This document shows positions 10,766 to 20,148 of a stretch of DNA of 64,000 bases, one piece after another. The DNA is from Schizochytrium sp. TIO01 (lineage: Eukaryota > Protista > Bigyra: Labyrinthulomycetes), in the NCBI GenBank assembly GCA_004764695.1, contig SMSO01000008.1, positions 806,001 through 870,000 of the forward strand, read 5' to 3'. The position numbers and the translations under genes were made by a program. Under the pieces are notes generated by a model, which saw only the letters and a program-made list of their open reading frames with translations, did not search any database and was not told where the DNA came from. The stretch's first letter is position 1. Each line of letters begins with the position of its first letter.

Positions 10766-11764
10766 ATGCAAACTCGAAACGACAAGCGGCCGCTATTAAA
10801 AAACATGAAAGTTCTTCATATTATATACGATTTGGAAACGACCGGTTTTCGGAACATGCCAATGTTTAGTAAAAATCATAAAATTCTACAAATATGCGCA
10901 AAAATTGTAGATGGACCCATTTTTACATCATTCGTCAATCCCGGTTTTAAGGGAGGAATTCCTCCTAATTCTTCATTGATTCACAACATTCATGACCAAG
11001 ACATCAAAGATGCACCCACCATCGAACAGGCCGTTGCTAAAATGTTTAAGGAGTTCCACGTCGAGGATTTCGATTATGTGGAAATGATTGCTCACAATAA
11101 CACATATTTTGATCAATTAATTCTCCTCAAAGAGTTGAATGGTGTTGTTCCTCAACAAATTAAATTTTGGGACTCTTTACCTTGGTTAAGGAAAAATTAC
11201 CCCAATATGAAATCATTTAGATTGGGGGATGTTCATGAGGTCATGTTTGGCAAACCTATTGAGAATGCGCACCGAGCTGATGCAGACGTTCTCGCTTTGG
11301 AAAACATCTATAAAGAATGGATTGCACCGAAGCGCGATCTGCTTAAGGAACTTGATGATCTTGAGAACGAAGAAACGATTGTAGATGAGTGTCTCACTTG
11401 TATCAGATATGTTGGACCTTGGAGAGCTAATTTAATGTGTGAAAAGGGGCATTTTGATTCCGTATCAGGTCTGAGAAATTTTGCATATGGCATACTAAAG
11501 ACTGGTGACAAGCGCGGATTTGACAGATGGCTAAGGGATAAAATTAAAATGAAAGATATCACACAGAGAGCCTTTATTGTCTCACATGTTTTGGACATCC
11601 CCCCCTGGGCTTCTGACATTCAAGAGTACCTACTTATGAGCACAGTGGAGCCTGAGTGTTGGAATGACATTGATTATTATGTAAAGTATAGATATAAGCT
11701 TCAAAAAGAAGCACCGAATCAGTGTGCGTTTGGTAGAGGACTCATGAATATAAACTCTGAATAG
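10766..11764 (+). CDS. DEDDh 3'-5' exonuclease (DnaQ/Pol III epsilon-like) with a C-terminal HhH-like extension
   Basis: ExoI YDLETTG, ExoII AHNNTYFD, ExoIII AHRADADV; LTCIRYVGPWRA is HhH-like; first ATG at 10766. Confidence 0.9.
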   Translation: MQTRNDKRPLLKNMKVLHIIYDLETTGFRNMPMFSKNHKILQICAKIVDGPIFTSFVNPGFKGGIPPNSSLIHNIHDQDIKDAPTIEQAVAKMFKEFHVEDFDYVEMIAHNNTYFDQLILLKELNGVVPQQIKFWDSLPWLRKNYPNMKSFRLGDVHEVMFGKPIENAHRADADVLALENIYKEWIAPKRDLLKELDDLENEETIVDECLTCIRYVGPWRANLMCEKGHFDSVSGLRNFAYGILKTGDKRGFDRWLRDKIKMKDITQRAFIVSHVLDIPPWASDIQEYLLMSTVEPECWNDIDYYVKYRYKLQKEAPNQCAFGRGLMNINSE

Positions 11765-11784
11765 TACAGCTTTTGAAATAAAAC

Positions 11785-12651
11785 AAACGATTGATCAAAG
11801 GTTGTCCTTGGTGGGCGAGGGTATCCATCTTTCTATAACTGCACAACTACTCTCAACTTACGGTGATCAAAAAATGAGTAGTCAAACCTCTACCACTGGC
11901 GAAAATCGTTCTTTACACAACACTGCTCAATCAAACGACCGATCTTCAATTGTCCTCTCCTGCCTAGCACTGCCTGCACAAATCGCTTGATCAAGGTCTA
12001 CTGAGAGGACCGATCTTCTCTTCTCCTACCTACCGGCACGAGCCAGCACAACCTTCGACTTACGCAATCAAACGATGCATGGAAAGTTGTCCTTGGCCTT
12101 GGCGAGCGAGGGTATCGATCTTACCCACTTGCATCGATTCATCACAACGTTTGACTTGCGTGGAGGGAGAGATGGGTGGAATGAGCGCGTGTGCGTGCGC
12201 ACACAAGGCAAACGGCGCGTGCGAGGAGAGAAATAGATTCGTAGACGCCACGGCCACGCCACCAGCCACGGCATCAAAGTTATGCAACAAAGCAGACTTT
12301 AATTCGCGGATTATGGGTTTCGCAAAATACTAGCACTATGAAAGATAACTACATTTTATTCTTGAGTAGTAATTTTTTTTTAAAGAATACTTAGCATACT
12401 ATTGCACCTATATAGATCGTAATGATATTCAGAGCTTGTTTTATAGTTTATCCCTCGTGCAGTGTATGAGTCATTAGAAGAAGACATGGGTTTGATTTGA
12501 GGGTGTGTAAGAAACAAATAAATAAGTAAGAATATCTACTAGTACCATTCATTAGTAAATCAAGTATAAACAATAGAGGAAGCATCCAAACCTAGTTCTC
12601 AAGAGCAGCAAAACCCAATCGTTCGAACACCTCAAAAATCGTTCGAACACC
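11785..12651 (+). repeat. Non-coding leader of REase-kinase cassette copy 1 (degenerate repeat array plus promoter block), homologous to 23440-24396
   Basis: Alignable with 23440-24396; 12382-12628 identical to 24143-24389; contains TATAAA at about 12565 and a GTTCGAAC palindrome before the ATG. Confidence 0.92.
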
Positions 12652-14757
12652 ATGATAGGTGCTACTATCAAGGGATTAAAAAATGCAGCCTCCAAGATCA
12701 CCAACCAGACAAGGAGTGCCGCTAGAAGACGAGAACCCCGGCTCTCATCAATTCAGATGTTCACAACCGATTCAGACAGACCCACTCCTATGAAACACGT
12801 AGTCTTGAATCAGGAATTAGCTTCCCTCTTGGCCGACGCTAGAACTTTGCATGCAGAAAAGGCTGAGGAGTACAAGCGTATGGATCGAAAAATTGAGGAC
12901 CTCGAGGCTGAAAAAGACGAACTTTTGCAAGAAATCAAGCAAATCGAGAAAAAAATTAAAGAAAAGCTACGAGATGAGGACGACTACGACTTTCTCGATG
13001 CTTTCTGTCGTGGTGAGATCAATCCAAAATTGTTCCAGAAGAGGTACGGGTACTCGCCCGATGATATACAGGACGCTACTCTTGCCCTTTGCTTGAGTTT
13101 GTCCAAAAAAATTCTCGAAAAAGAAAAGTCGTTAGAAGTGACCAAGCAAGACATTGTTGCCAAAGAACAACGCCTTGCAAAAACGCAGGACATAGTCAAT
13201 GATCATCAAGCTGAAGTGAGGAGGTTAAGTGATTTGATTTCTCGTACGGAACCGCAAAATTTTCTGTCGGTCACCAGTCATCGTCTACCAAATGTTCAGG
13301 ATTCACCCAAAATACGACAAAGCAACACAGATATCTCGAACCTCCATAATTACCCCACTTCGCCTGCGAAGGTCAGGTCTTTGTTAGTAAAGTCTTTCGT
13401 GGACTACTGTAACGAGAAAGGGTACATTGATATTCTGAATGAACTGCAATCTACCGTCAACTTCAAAGATGCCTTTGAGGATGTGAGTGATACGGTAAAA
13501 TTCTTAAACGAAGGAACTGTCACGGACGCATTTCAGCAAGTTATGCGTGTTGTAACAAAAGCCATAACTCAAGAATCCAACGAAAAAGTCCCTTATAAGG
13601 TCTCCATCTATACGTCTGGTCAGGAAAAAGTAGAGGGTAGAGCAGACTTTTGTTTTGCTGCTAAGACAGTAGACGGTACCCATATTCCGTTGATCGTAGG
13701 TGAGTTCAAAGGTCCTGGTAAGAATTACTCCTACGACAACCTCAGTGAGACTTATTGTGATCATGGCTGTACTGGATGTGGATCAGACCGTCATAAAAAG
13801 TTTTCAGTTGTTCGTCAACTATACAACTACATGTTTTTGAATGGTCTACTGGTTGGCGTCTACTCGAACTACAAAGTGACTTGTGTTTTTATCAGGGACT
13901 GTGAAGGAAATCTAATGATCACAAAGTCTGTTCGGGCTGAAGATGTTGGCGATATCGCTCGCGGCAAACTCAGTACGATGCAACTTGTCGCACTTGCTAT
14001 CTTGCTCGCAGCGGATACAAGCGAGATGAACTTCAGTGAAATTGAAAATAGCATCTTGGTTCCCTGTTTAGGCGGTCCGGGGCAGACTCCAGAACGCGTC
14101 ATTCTACCTGCAGTGTGTAAAGCCAGTAATGACGCGAAGATAGAGAAACACGAAAATCAAAATTCCGCGGACCCTAAACATTTCCGCAAAGATGGGGCGT
14201 CGATTCATTTACCTTTATTAAAACTTGATGGGTACACTGAACTCCCACCCGGTCGCACGGGTAGGACACTTCGGATTGGTATCCCCCTACCAACAGGTGA
14301 GAGGATCGACAGCGTTTTGAAGATACTGGATTCCTTTAAGCAAGAAGAACAGATACCAGAGCTTGAAAATGAAGCTGAAATTTACAAACAGTTAAAATCG
14401 CTACAAGGCGAACACATCCCTGAATTTATCGATTATGGCCTTTTTGAATGCGATGTTCTGTACGGTCTTGGGACAAAATATTCTGGCGAACCTTTAACAC
14501 CTGAAGACATCACTGATGACTTTGTGGAAAAGGCAGTGATTGCTCTCGATGAAATTCATTCCCAAGGTGTATTGCACGGTGATGTGGATGCCCGCAATGT
14601 CCTATACAATAAGGAAACTCAAAGGCCTGTCATAGTTGACTTCGGCATAGCCGTTCGCAAGATGGAAATGAGTGATGAATACTTCGCAAGAGCTGCCGAT
14701 CAAGAGATTAATGAACTTCGACATTCGTTGGGCAAAGTAAGAGGAGTAAAAAACTAA
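12652..14757 (+). CDS. Coiled coil + PD-(D/E)XK restriction-endonuclease-fold domain + C-terminal kinase (Crinkler-type C-terminal architecture), copy 1
   Basis: GRADF...PLIVGEFKGP...QLYNYM (REase D..ExK..QxxxY pattern); kinase GRTG, VLKI, ELENEAEIY, HGDVDARN, IVDFG. Confidence 0.85.
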   Translation: MIGATIKGLKNAASKITNQTRSAARRREPRLSSIQMFTTDSDRPTPMKHVVLNQELASLLADARTLHAEKAEEYKRMDRKIEDLEAEKDELLQEIKQIEKKIKEKLRDEDDYDFLDAFCRGEINPKLFQKRYGYSPDDIQDATLALCLSLSKKILEKEKSLEVTKQDIVAKEQRLAKTQDIVNDHQAEVRRLSDLISRTEPQNFLSVTSHRLPNVQDSPKIRQSNTDISNLHNYPTSPAKVRSLLVKSFVDYCNEKGYIDILNELQSTVNFKDAFEDVSDTVKFLNEGTVTDAFQQVMRVVTKAITQESNEKVPYKVSIYTSGQEKVEGRADFCFAAKTVDGTHIPLIVGEFKGPGKNYSYDNLSETYCDHGCTGCGSDRHKKFSVVRQLYNYMFLNGLLVGVYSNYKVTCVFIRDCEGNLMITKSVRAEDVGDIARGKLSTMQLVALAILLAADTSEMNFSEIENSILVPCLGGPGQTPERVILPAVCKASNDAKIEKHENQNSADPKHFRKDGASIHLPLLKLDGYTELPPGRTGRTLRIGIPLPTGERIDSVLKILDSFKQEEQIPELENEAEIYKQLKSLQGEHIPEFIDYGLFECDVLYGLGTKYSGEPLTPEDITDDFVEKAVIALDEIHSQGVLHGDVDARNVLYNKETQRPVIVDFGIAVRKMEMSDEYFARAADQEINELRHSLGKVRGVKN

Positions 14758-14849
14758 AACATTTACAGTTGTTGTATTTCTTCTTTAAAAAAGGAAAAGT
14801 TATCATTTACGAAATTATACTATGATTCTCCTTCAGGTTCTTCTTTAAA

Positions 14850-17800
14850 TTATTCTTCGTGGGAATCCTCTTCAGATTCTTCTTCTTGTGAATCCTCCTC
14901 TTCTTCAGATTCTTCTTCTTGTGAATCCTCTTCTTCTTCAGATTCTTCTTCTTGTGAATCATCTTCTTCTTCAGATTCTTCTTCAGAATCCTCTTCTTCT
15001 TGTGAATCCTCTTCTTCTTCAGATTCTTCTTCAGAATCCTCTTCTTCTTCAGAATCCTCTTCTTCTTCAGATTCTTCTTCAGAATCCTCTTCTTCTTCTT
15101 CAGAATCCTCTTCTTCAGAATCCTCTTCTTCAGAATCCTCTTCTTCAGAATCCTCTTCTTCAGAATCCTCTTCTTCAGAATCCTCTTCTTCAGAATCCTC
15201 TTCTTCTTCTTCAGAATCCTCTTCTTCTTGAGATTCTGCAGAATGATGCCCCTCATTTTCACTCAAAAATAAAGTACTACGATTTGCAATGGCGTGGTCA
15301 AACGGTTGTTCTTCTTCATCTGATGATTCATCCAAATCGCTTTCAACAAGAGACTCATTATTATTTAAAAAATCTTCTCCATCAGCTACACGAAGTATCA
15401 AATTCCATCGATAAATATCCTTCTGAATCCTTTTGAATAAAGATGGCGGATAGTTCTGCTCAACAATCACGTCTAAGTCTAACACAGGGCCTTTGTTTGT
15501 ACCTTTTTGTTTATTGTTTACTTTTCTGTATTCATCTCTATATGCTTTACCCTGCACTGTCTTTTCCAACCCTTCTTCTGACCCTTCCTCTTCTTCTACT
15601 CCTTCCTTTGATTGAAATCCCCTTTCTCCTACTGATCCTCTACTTCGTGAATCAGGATCTTTGTGAGGAGCTGTGTATGAATGTTCTGTTTGTTCTCTTA
15701 AGTACAGGTGCGATATTCTTTTGTGCATATTCTTCTGCTCAGGCAAAGAGTGAAAGTGCGGAAGAACATCATAGCGATATGAGTGATGATCCGTTGAAGC
15801 AATCTCGGTACCGAGAAAAGGTTCGTTCCTTAGAAGATTTAGTCGACGAGCCAATTCGCGCTGCAAAGACAACATAAAATAATCACCCTTTAATAAGTTT
15901 GGTAGATTGTGTATTAGATCTGCACGATCGCCGTCATCATACGTTTTAAATTTTCTTAGTCCATGCAGGAGGATCAACCTATCAAAAGTGCTACCGTCTA
16001 ATTTAGAAATAAGATCATCAATTGATGAGTTGGCTGAATTCAAAATTTCCTTGTATGTGTAAAATATGTCGATGATATTACTGATCCTCTCTATATCCAT
16101 TAGCTTTTCATTAAAAGAGAGCGATTCAGCAGTCATGATACTCCTAAACATATCATGTGTAGTAAAGTATGGAAGATACATGTTAGGATAAGCATCTATG
16201 AGTTCCAACAAGAAAAATTTAGCTGACCTTTCGTTGTCTCTGAAGAAGTGAGTACCATATTCCAAGTTGAAGAACTTCCTTGAAAAATCCGCAACCTTAT
16301 CTGCCTGCTTAAGAATGGCATCGTAAACCATGCTAGATGTTATACCTCTAAGACCGAATAAAGTAGACTTGCTAGATGGAGGAATGCTATCATTGTCAAA
16401 AATTGCCAAGATCACATCAGGAAATTGCTCAGGTGGTACTTGTTTCATCACCCATGATAACGGTTCCAAATCCGCTTCCAATGACTGGAAGATTTCTTGA
16501 AATTGTATCACCTCCTTCTGTTGAATAGATTCGTCAAACATTTTTCTAAAGGTTCTGAAATTCACCTTTTTCATGATGAAAGTCTTACGGGGGAACATTT
16601 TCAAAGAAATGGTCATTTGACTCGCAATACACAATTGCTCGAAGCCATTGGTAAAATCATTAGTGGATACCATGTCAATGCATTCCATGTAGGATTTTGC
16701 AACAATCATCCAAAAATGAGGAATATGTTTTAAAAGTGAAGCGCACAAGATCAAGCCAGTGATGGTATCCAAAGGAGCACCGGGCATGAAAACCTTTAGA
16801 TAATGGACCACAACTTTAAAGTAAACACTAGACGACACTGATGATTCGTCCATTGATCGAATTGCCTCGTTATCTAGATTGTTGAGTAATTTGGGAATGA
16901 CCTCCTGCACTTTCATGTACTTATAATTCAGAATCTGATCAAACAGAGCGAGCACTTCATCGGCATTATTCTCATTAACTTCTGAATAACCTTCACATAA
17001 TTTGTACATAATCCCCAAATCCCTTAGTTTAGTCATTGAGCTTAACCATTGCATGTCTTCAGGATCTTCAGTGTCCAACTGAGATAGGATTGTTGGGATG
17101 ATTTCCCCATCAAGCTCCTCTATAAATTCGCTACTATTCAAGGATTCATCGATCGCTTCTTTATAAGATTCAGGAATGATATCGATTGAGTAACGCTTTA
17201 TGGACTGCCAATATTCCAGCTCAAGACCGTCCAAAAGGTAAAGTCTGAACCTATTGAGCAAGGCTAGCTTTGTCCAATTTAAGCGCCTATTTTGAGCATC
17301 TTTTCGAATCAATTTAAACTTGACTACCGCAAAATCAGAATCATCTAAAATTGCATCTTTCAACTTGACCATTTCGAATAAGTCCCCCCCATCGACTTGA
17401 GGATTCAAAATGTGAACAACACAAAACAACCAAACTTGCAATAGTATGGTAAGAAACTGACGTTCAAGAGTGCTTAATGTCGAGGATTCATAATTCAGCG
17501 CAAAGCCATCAACCATTGAACTCGTCGGAACCAATTGTTTCGTATTTAATAATTGTTTCTTCCATGTACCCTTACCATAGTTTTCAATTTCTCGATCAAG
17601 ACTTTCATCGATAGGAATGCGCTGTAAGAGACTATCGGAAGTGAATTGAATACAGTACTGCCTCTTTCGCGGTGAAAGCATCAAATACAATAAAGCGTTG
17701 TCCCGTTGAACGATTACGATGACCATTTGTGCATAACCAGACAAGGACCCTGGAGAATTGCTTGAATCACCACTGTCTGCATGATGAGACAATAGATTGA

Positions 17801-19361
17801 TTACATTTGGAGGGATGACAATATTTCCAGGAGTCATGGAAATTCTCGTCGATAAAATTTCAACATGCTCAAAGTAAGGACTCATTAGTGAAGTTAGTCG
17901 CACGGGGATGAGTTCTTCAGATAATGTCCTAGAGTCACCCTCGTCAATTTCTATCTGATCGCCAAAGATAGCCAGTTCCCGAATGAGAGTTTTATCACAT
18001 TTAGCGATAAAACTAGCAAAGCGCAGCATGGTCTGTCCCATAAATTCGCCTGAGCAATTGTGGAAATTCACAAATCGATCGAAAAGAAGAGTAGGATCAA
18101 AACTTTCGGCAGTGATGTCAAACCTGTCACGCAAAGTGGTTCCATCAGCAGAGGCCTCCCCAAATTCTCCTTTGAATCCTACTTTGGATTTAGCATCAGT
18201 ATAATCAACTGGAGCCAAGACCACATAGGTAACTAGCAAACACCACGCGAAACAGAATCCGTCTGTGAGTCTTTGCGTCCAAAGAGTCTCAAGATCAGAT
18301 GTTCTTTTCGTAACGCGTAAGTTAACATTCTGGCGGTACCAACGCCCTGAACTTGATTGAGGACCGATACGGCCGAATGATTGACTTAAGTTTGTAAGAA
18401 ATCTCCAGGGAATCCCATCTTTCTCTGAATTCTCTTCTGCTTCAGACCCTGACCCCACATCCAACAGAAAGTACTTTGTTTTCTCTTGTTTATTGAACTT
18501 CCTAAATGACCTTTCAACTAATTCCCTCATCCTTGCTGTGAACACTTCAACATCATACAGCCGTGTTCCCCTCCCGTGTGGTTCAAAATGAATGACAGAA
18601 TGCTCTTTTAAATCTAAAATTAAAAGATTTGCATGGAGGTCATCTTCTTCTTGATCATCTTCCTCACTTGAATCATCTTCAAAATTATCTAGAACAATTG
18701 GTAACGAATAGTATCTAGCCTTATCCGGATCTTCTACAAGAATGTTGTAAATAAAATTGACAGTGTCGTCCAAGTTATGAAATCTTTGAGTTGTAACGTG
18801 ATAAGTAATATTAGTTTCAATATGAATCGAAACATGTTCTTGATCAGGACTTGTTTTATTGATGATATCCTCGAGGATATGAACAATCTCATAGACCCTC
18901 GCATCCGCCGAAGAATAACCCAAATAGTTGCCATCATCGAATCCAAAACACTCCAACATAGCTGGACCGAAAGATTTTAGCTTATGAAAACCCTTTGTGG
19001 TTAACAATTCCTTCAAGTATTGCTCTGATTCTCTTGTGAGCGAAGCGTTCAACTCTTTATCCTCCTTTTTGACAATCGACCGTCCTCTCTTTTTCCCGTC
19101 CCCTGATGTTTGAGCAAGCAATTGTGGAGACTCAGGTAGCGTATTTTCAGCATCCTGCACGGTTTTACTACCTTCATTCGTACCATCTTCAACCTGATGA
19201 TCAAATTCATCTAGTTTCGCATTCTGTTCAAGAACCTCTGCATACGACATACTGTTGGTTATGTGGAGAATGATTCGATTGAGTTGACGCTTGAACTGTG
19301 GGTTTTCATCTCTTAGACGAACTGCCCGCCTAAGCACATCCTCGTAAACCGCTTCCGACAT
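14850..19361 (-). CDS. 1503-aa protein with an N-terminal cysteine-protease-like domain (Ulp1/clan CE-like order H-E-Q-C), a helical middle and an acidic repeat tail
   Basis: HANLLILD...IHFEPHG...GPQ...GFCFAWC motif string, which I recall from giant-virus proteases; C-terminal EEEDS repeats. Confidence 0.7.
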   Translation of the reverse strand: MSEAVYEDVLRRAVRLRDENPQFKRQLNRIILHITNSMSYAEVLEQNAKLDEFDHQVEDGTNEGSKTVQDAENTLPESPQLLAQTSGDGKKRGRSIVKKEDKELNASLTRESEQYLKELLTTKGFHKLKSFGPAMLECFGFDDGNYLGYSSADARVYEIVHILEDIINKTSPDQEHVSIHIETNITYHVTTQRFHNLDDTVNFIYNILVEDPDKARYYSLPIVLDNFEDDSSEEDDQEEDDLHANLLILDLKEHSVIHFEPHGRGTRLYDVEVFTARMRELVERSFRKFNKQEKTKYFLLDVGSGSEAEENSEKDGIPWRFLTNLSQSFGRIGPQSSSGRWYRQNVNLRVTKRTSDLETLWTQRLTDGFCFAWCLLVTYVVLAPVDYTDAKSKVGFKGEFGEASADGTTLRDRFDITAESFDPTLLFDRFVNFHNCSGEFMGQTMLRFASFIAKCDKTLIRELAIFGDQIEIDEGDSRTLSEELIPVRLTSLMSPYFEHVEILSTRISMTPGNIVIPPNVINLLSHHADSGDSSNSPGSLSGYAQMVIVIVQRDNALLYLMLSPRKRQYCIQFTSDSLLQRIPIDESLDREIENYGKGTWKKQLLNTKQLVPTSSMVDGFALNYESSTLSTLERQFLTILLQVWLFCVVHILNPQVDGGDLFEMVKLKDAILDDSDFAVVKFKLIRKDAQNRRLNWTKLALLNRFRLYLLDGLELEYWQSIKRYSIDIIPESYKEAIDESLNSSEFIEELDGEIIPTILSQLDTEDPEDMQWLSSMTKLRDLGIMYKLCEGYSEVNENNADEVLALFDQILNYKYMKVQEVIPKLLNNLDNEAIRSMDESSVSSSVYFKVVVHYLKVFMPGAPLDTITGLILCASLLKHIPHFWMIVAKSYMECIDMVSTNDFTNGFEQLCIASQMTISLKMFPRKTFIMKKVNFRTFRKMFDESIQQKEVIQFQEIFQSLEADLEPLSWVMKQVPPEQFPDVILAIFDNDSIPPSSKSTLFGLRGITSSMVYDAILKQADKVADFSRKFFNLEYGTHFFRDNERSAKFFLLELIDAYPNMYLPYFTTHDMFRSIMTAESLSFNEKLMDIERISNIIDIFYTYKEILNSANSSIDDLISKLDGSTFDRLILLHGLRKFKTYDDGDRADLIHNLPNLLKGDYFMLSLQRELARRLNLLRNEPFLGTEIASTDHHSYRYDVLPHFHSLPEQKNMHKRISHLYLREQTEHSYTAPHKDPDSRSRGSVGERGFQSKEGVEEEEGSEEGLEKTVQGKAYRDEYRKVNNKQKGTNKGPVLDLDVIVEQNYPPSLFKRIQKDIYRWNLILRVADGEDFLNNNESLVESDLDESSDEEEQPFDHAIANRSTLFLSENEGHHSAESQEEEDSEEEEEDSEEEDSEEEDSEEEDSEEEDSEEEDSEEEDSEEEEEDSEEESEEEEDSEEEEDSEEESEEEEDSQEEEDSEEESEEEDDSQEEESEEEEDSQEEESEEEEDSQEEESEEDSHEE
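14853..15232. repeat. Coding minisatellite (TCTTCAGAATCCTCT-type units) encoding an EEEDS/EEES acidic tail
   Basis: Direct read. Confidence 0.95.
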
Positions 19362-19422
19362 GATGTAAGCCAGCTACTATTATTATAATTCAGATTCACT
19401 TTATACATATAATGACTAGTCT

Positions 19423-20148
19423 ATGAGTATCATTTCCTATTGTTCAACATGGCAGTTCAACATTGTTTGTGCACTTTTGCACCTTGCGTCTACCATTGCT
19501 ATGGTTGTTCTCTCAGTGGATCCAAACAAAGGGAGAGTGGTCTTAACATTAGGTGACATAGATACCACATGGTGGACGCCTTCAGTCTTCAGCGGACTTG
19601 CCCTCTTTTCAGGAATTACGGCCGCGTTTCACTGCTTCTACGCATATCTTATTCGCATTGGAAACATCGGTTCCATGCGCTTTTTAGAGTACTCCATCAC
19701 TGCATCGATCATGGCCGTCATTATTGCAATCTTATGCAGAATAGATGACATTTTCACTCTCACAGGCATTGCCGGTCTCATGATGACAACAATGGTCTTT
19801 GGGTATCTAGAAGACATCCTCCCTTTTACAGGTGATAAATCGAGATTGATGATCAAACCATTCTGGCTCGGTTGCATTCCTTACCTTTTCGCATGGGTTA
19901 TTATCAGTTGGTCTTTCTTTGCAGAAATCAACCATGACGTACCACATTTTGTCATTGCTATTTTTTTCATTGAATTCTTCATGTTTTCATGCTTTGCGTT
20001 AGTACAGTATATCTATGTGGTGAGGGAAGAACGCATGTTAACTGACGAGGAAGTGCTTACTATGGATGGATGGTACAACCTTTTGTCACTGACCTCCAAG
20101 TTGCTTTTAGTGTGGATATGCTTTGGTGGAATCGAGTCAAATTTTTAA
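19423..20148 (+). CDS. Heliorhodopsin
   Basis: Seven hydrophobic segments; TM1 His (LLHLAS), TM2 His (AAFHCF), TM3 RFLEYSITASIM, TM7 YNLLSLTSKLLLVW with retinal-binding Lys in SxxxK. Confidence 0.93.
   Translation: MSIISYCSTWQFNIVCALLHLASTIAMVVLSVDPNKGRVVLTLGDIDTTWWTPSVFSGLALFSGITAAFHCFYAYLIRIGNIGSMRFLEYSITASIMAVIIAILCRIDDIFTLTGIAGLMMTTMVFGYLEDILPFTGDKSRLMIKPFWLGCIPYLFAWVIISWSFFAEINHDVPHFVIAIFFIEFFMFSCFALVQYIYVVREERMLTDEEVLTMDGWYNLLSLTSKLLLVWICFGGIESNF

Noticed and set aside
12060-12333. Short ORFs in the cassette leaders (also 23762..24127)
   Set aside because: Reading frames are not preserved between the two copies (frame-breaking indels), so the leader is treated as non-coding
14807-15436. 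Lys/Ile-rich 151-aa and Leu/Gln/Asn/Pro-rich 182-aa ORFs
   Set aside because: Alternative-frame and antisense shadows of the EEEDS repeat in the 1503-aa gene
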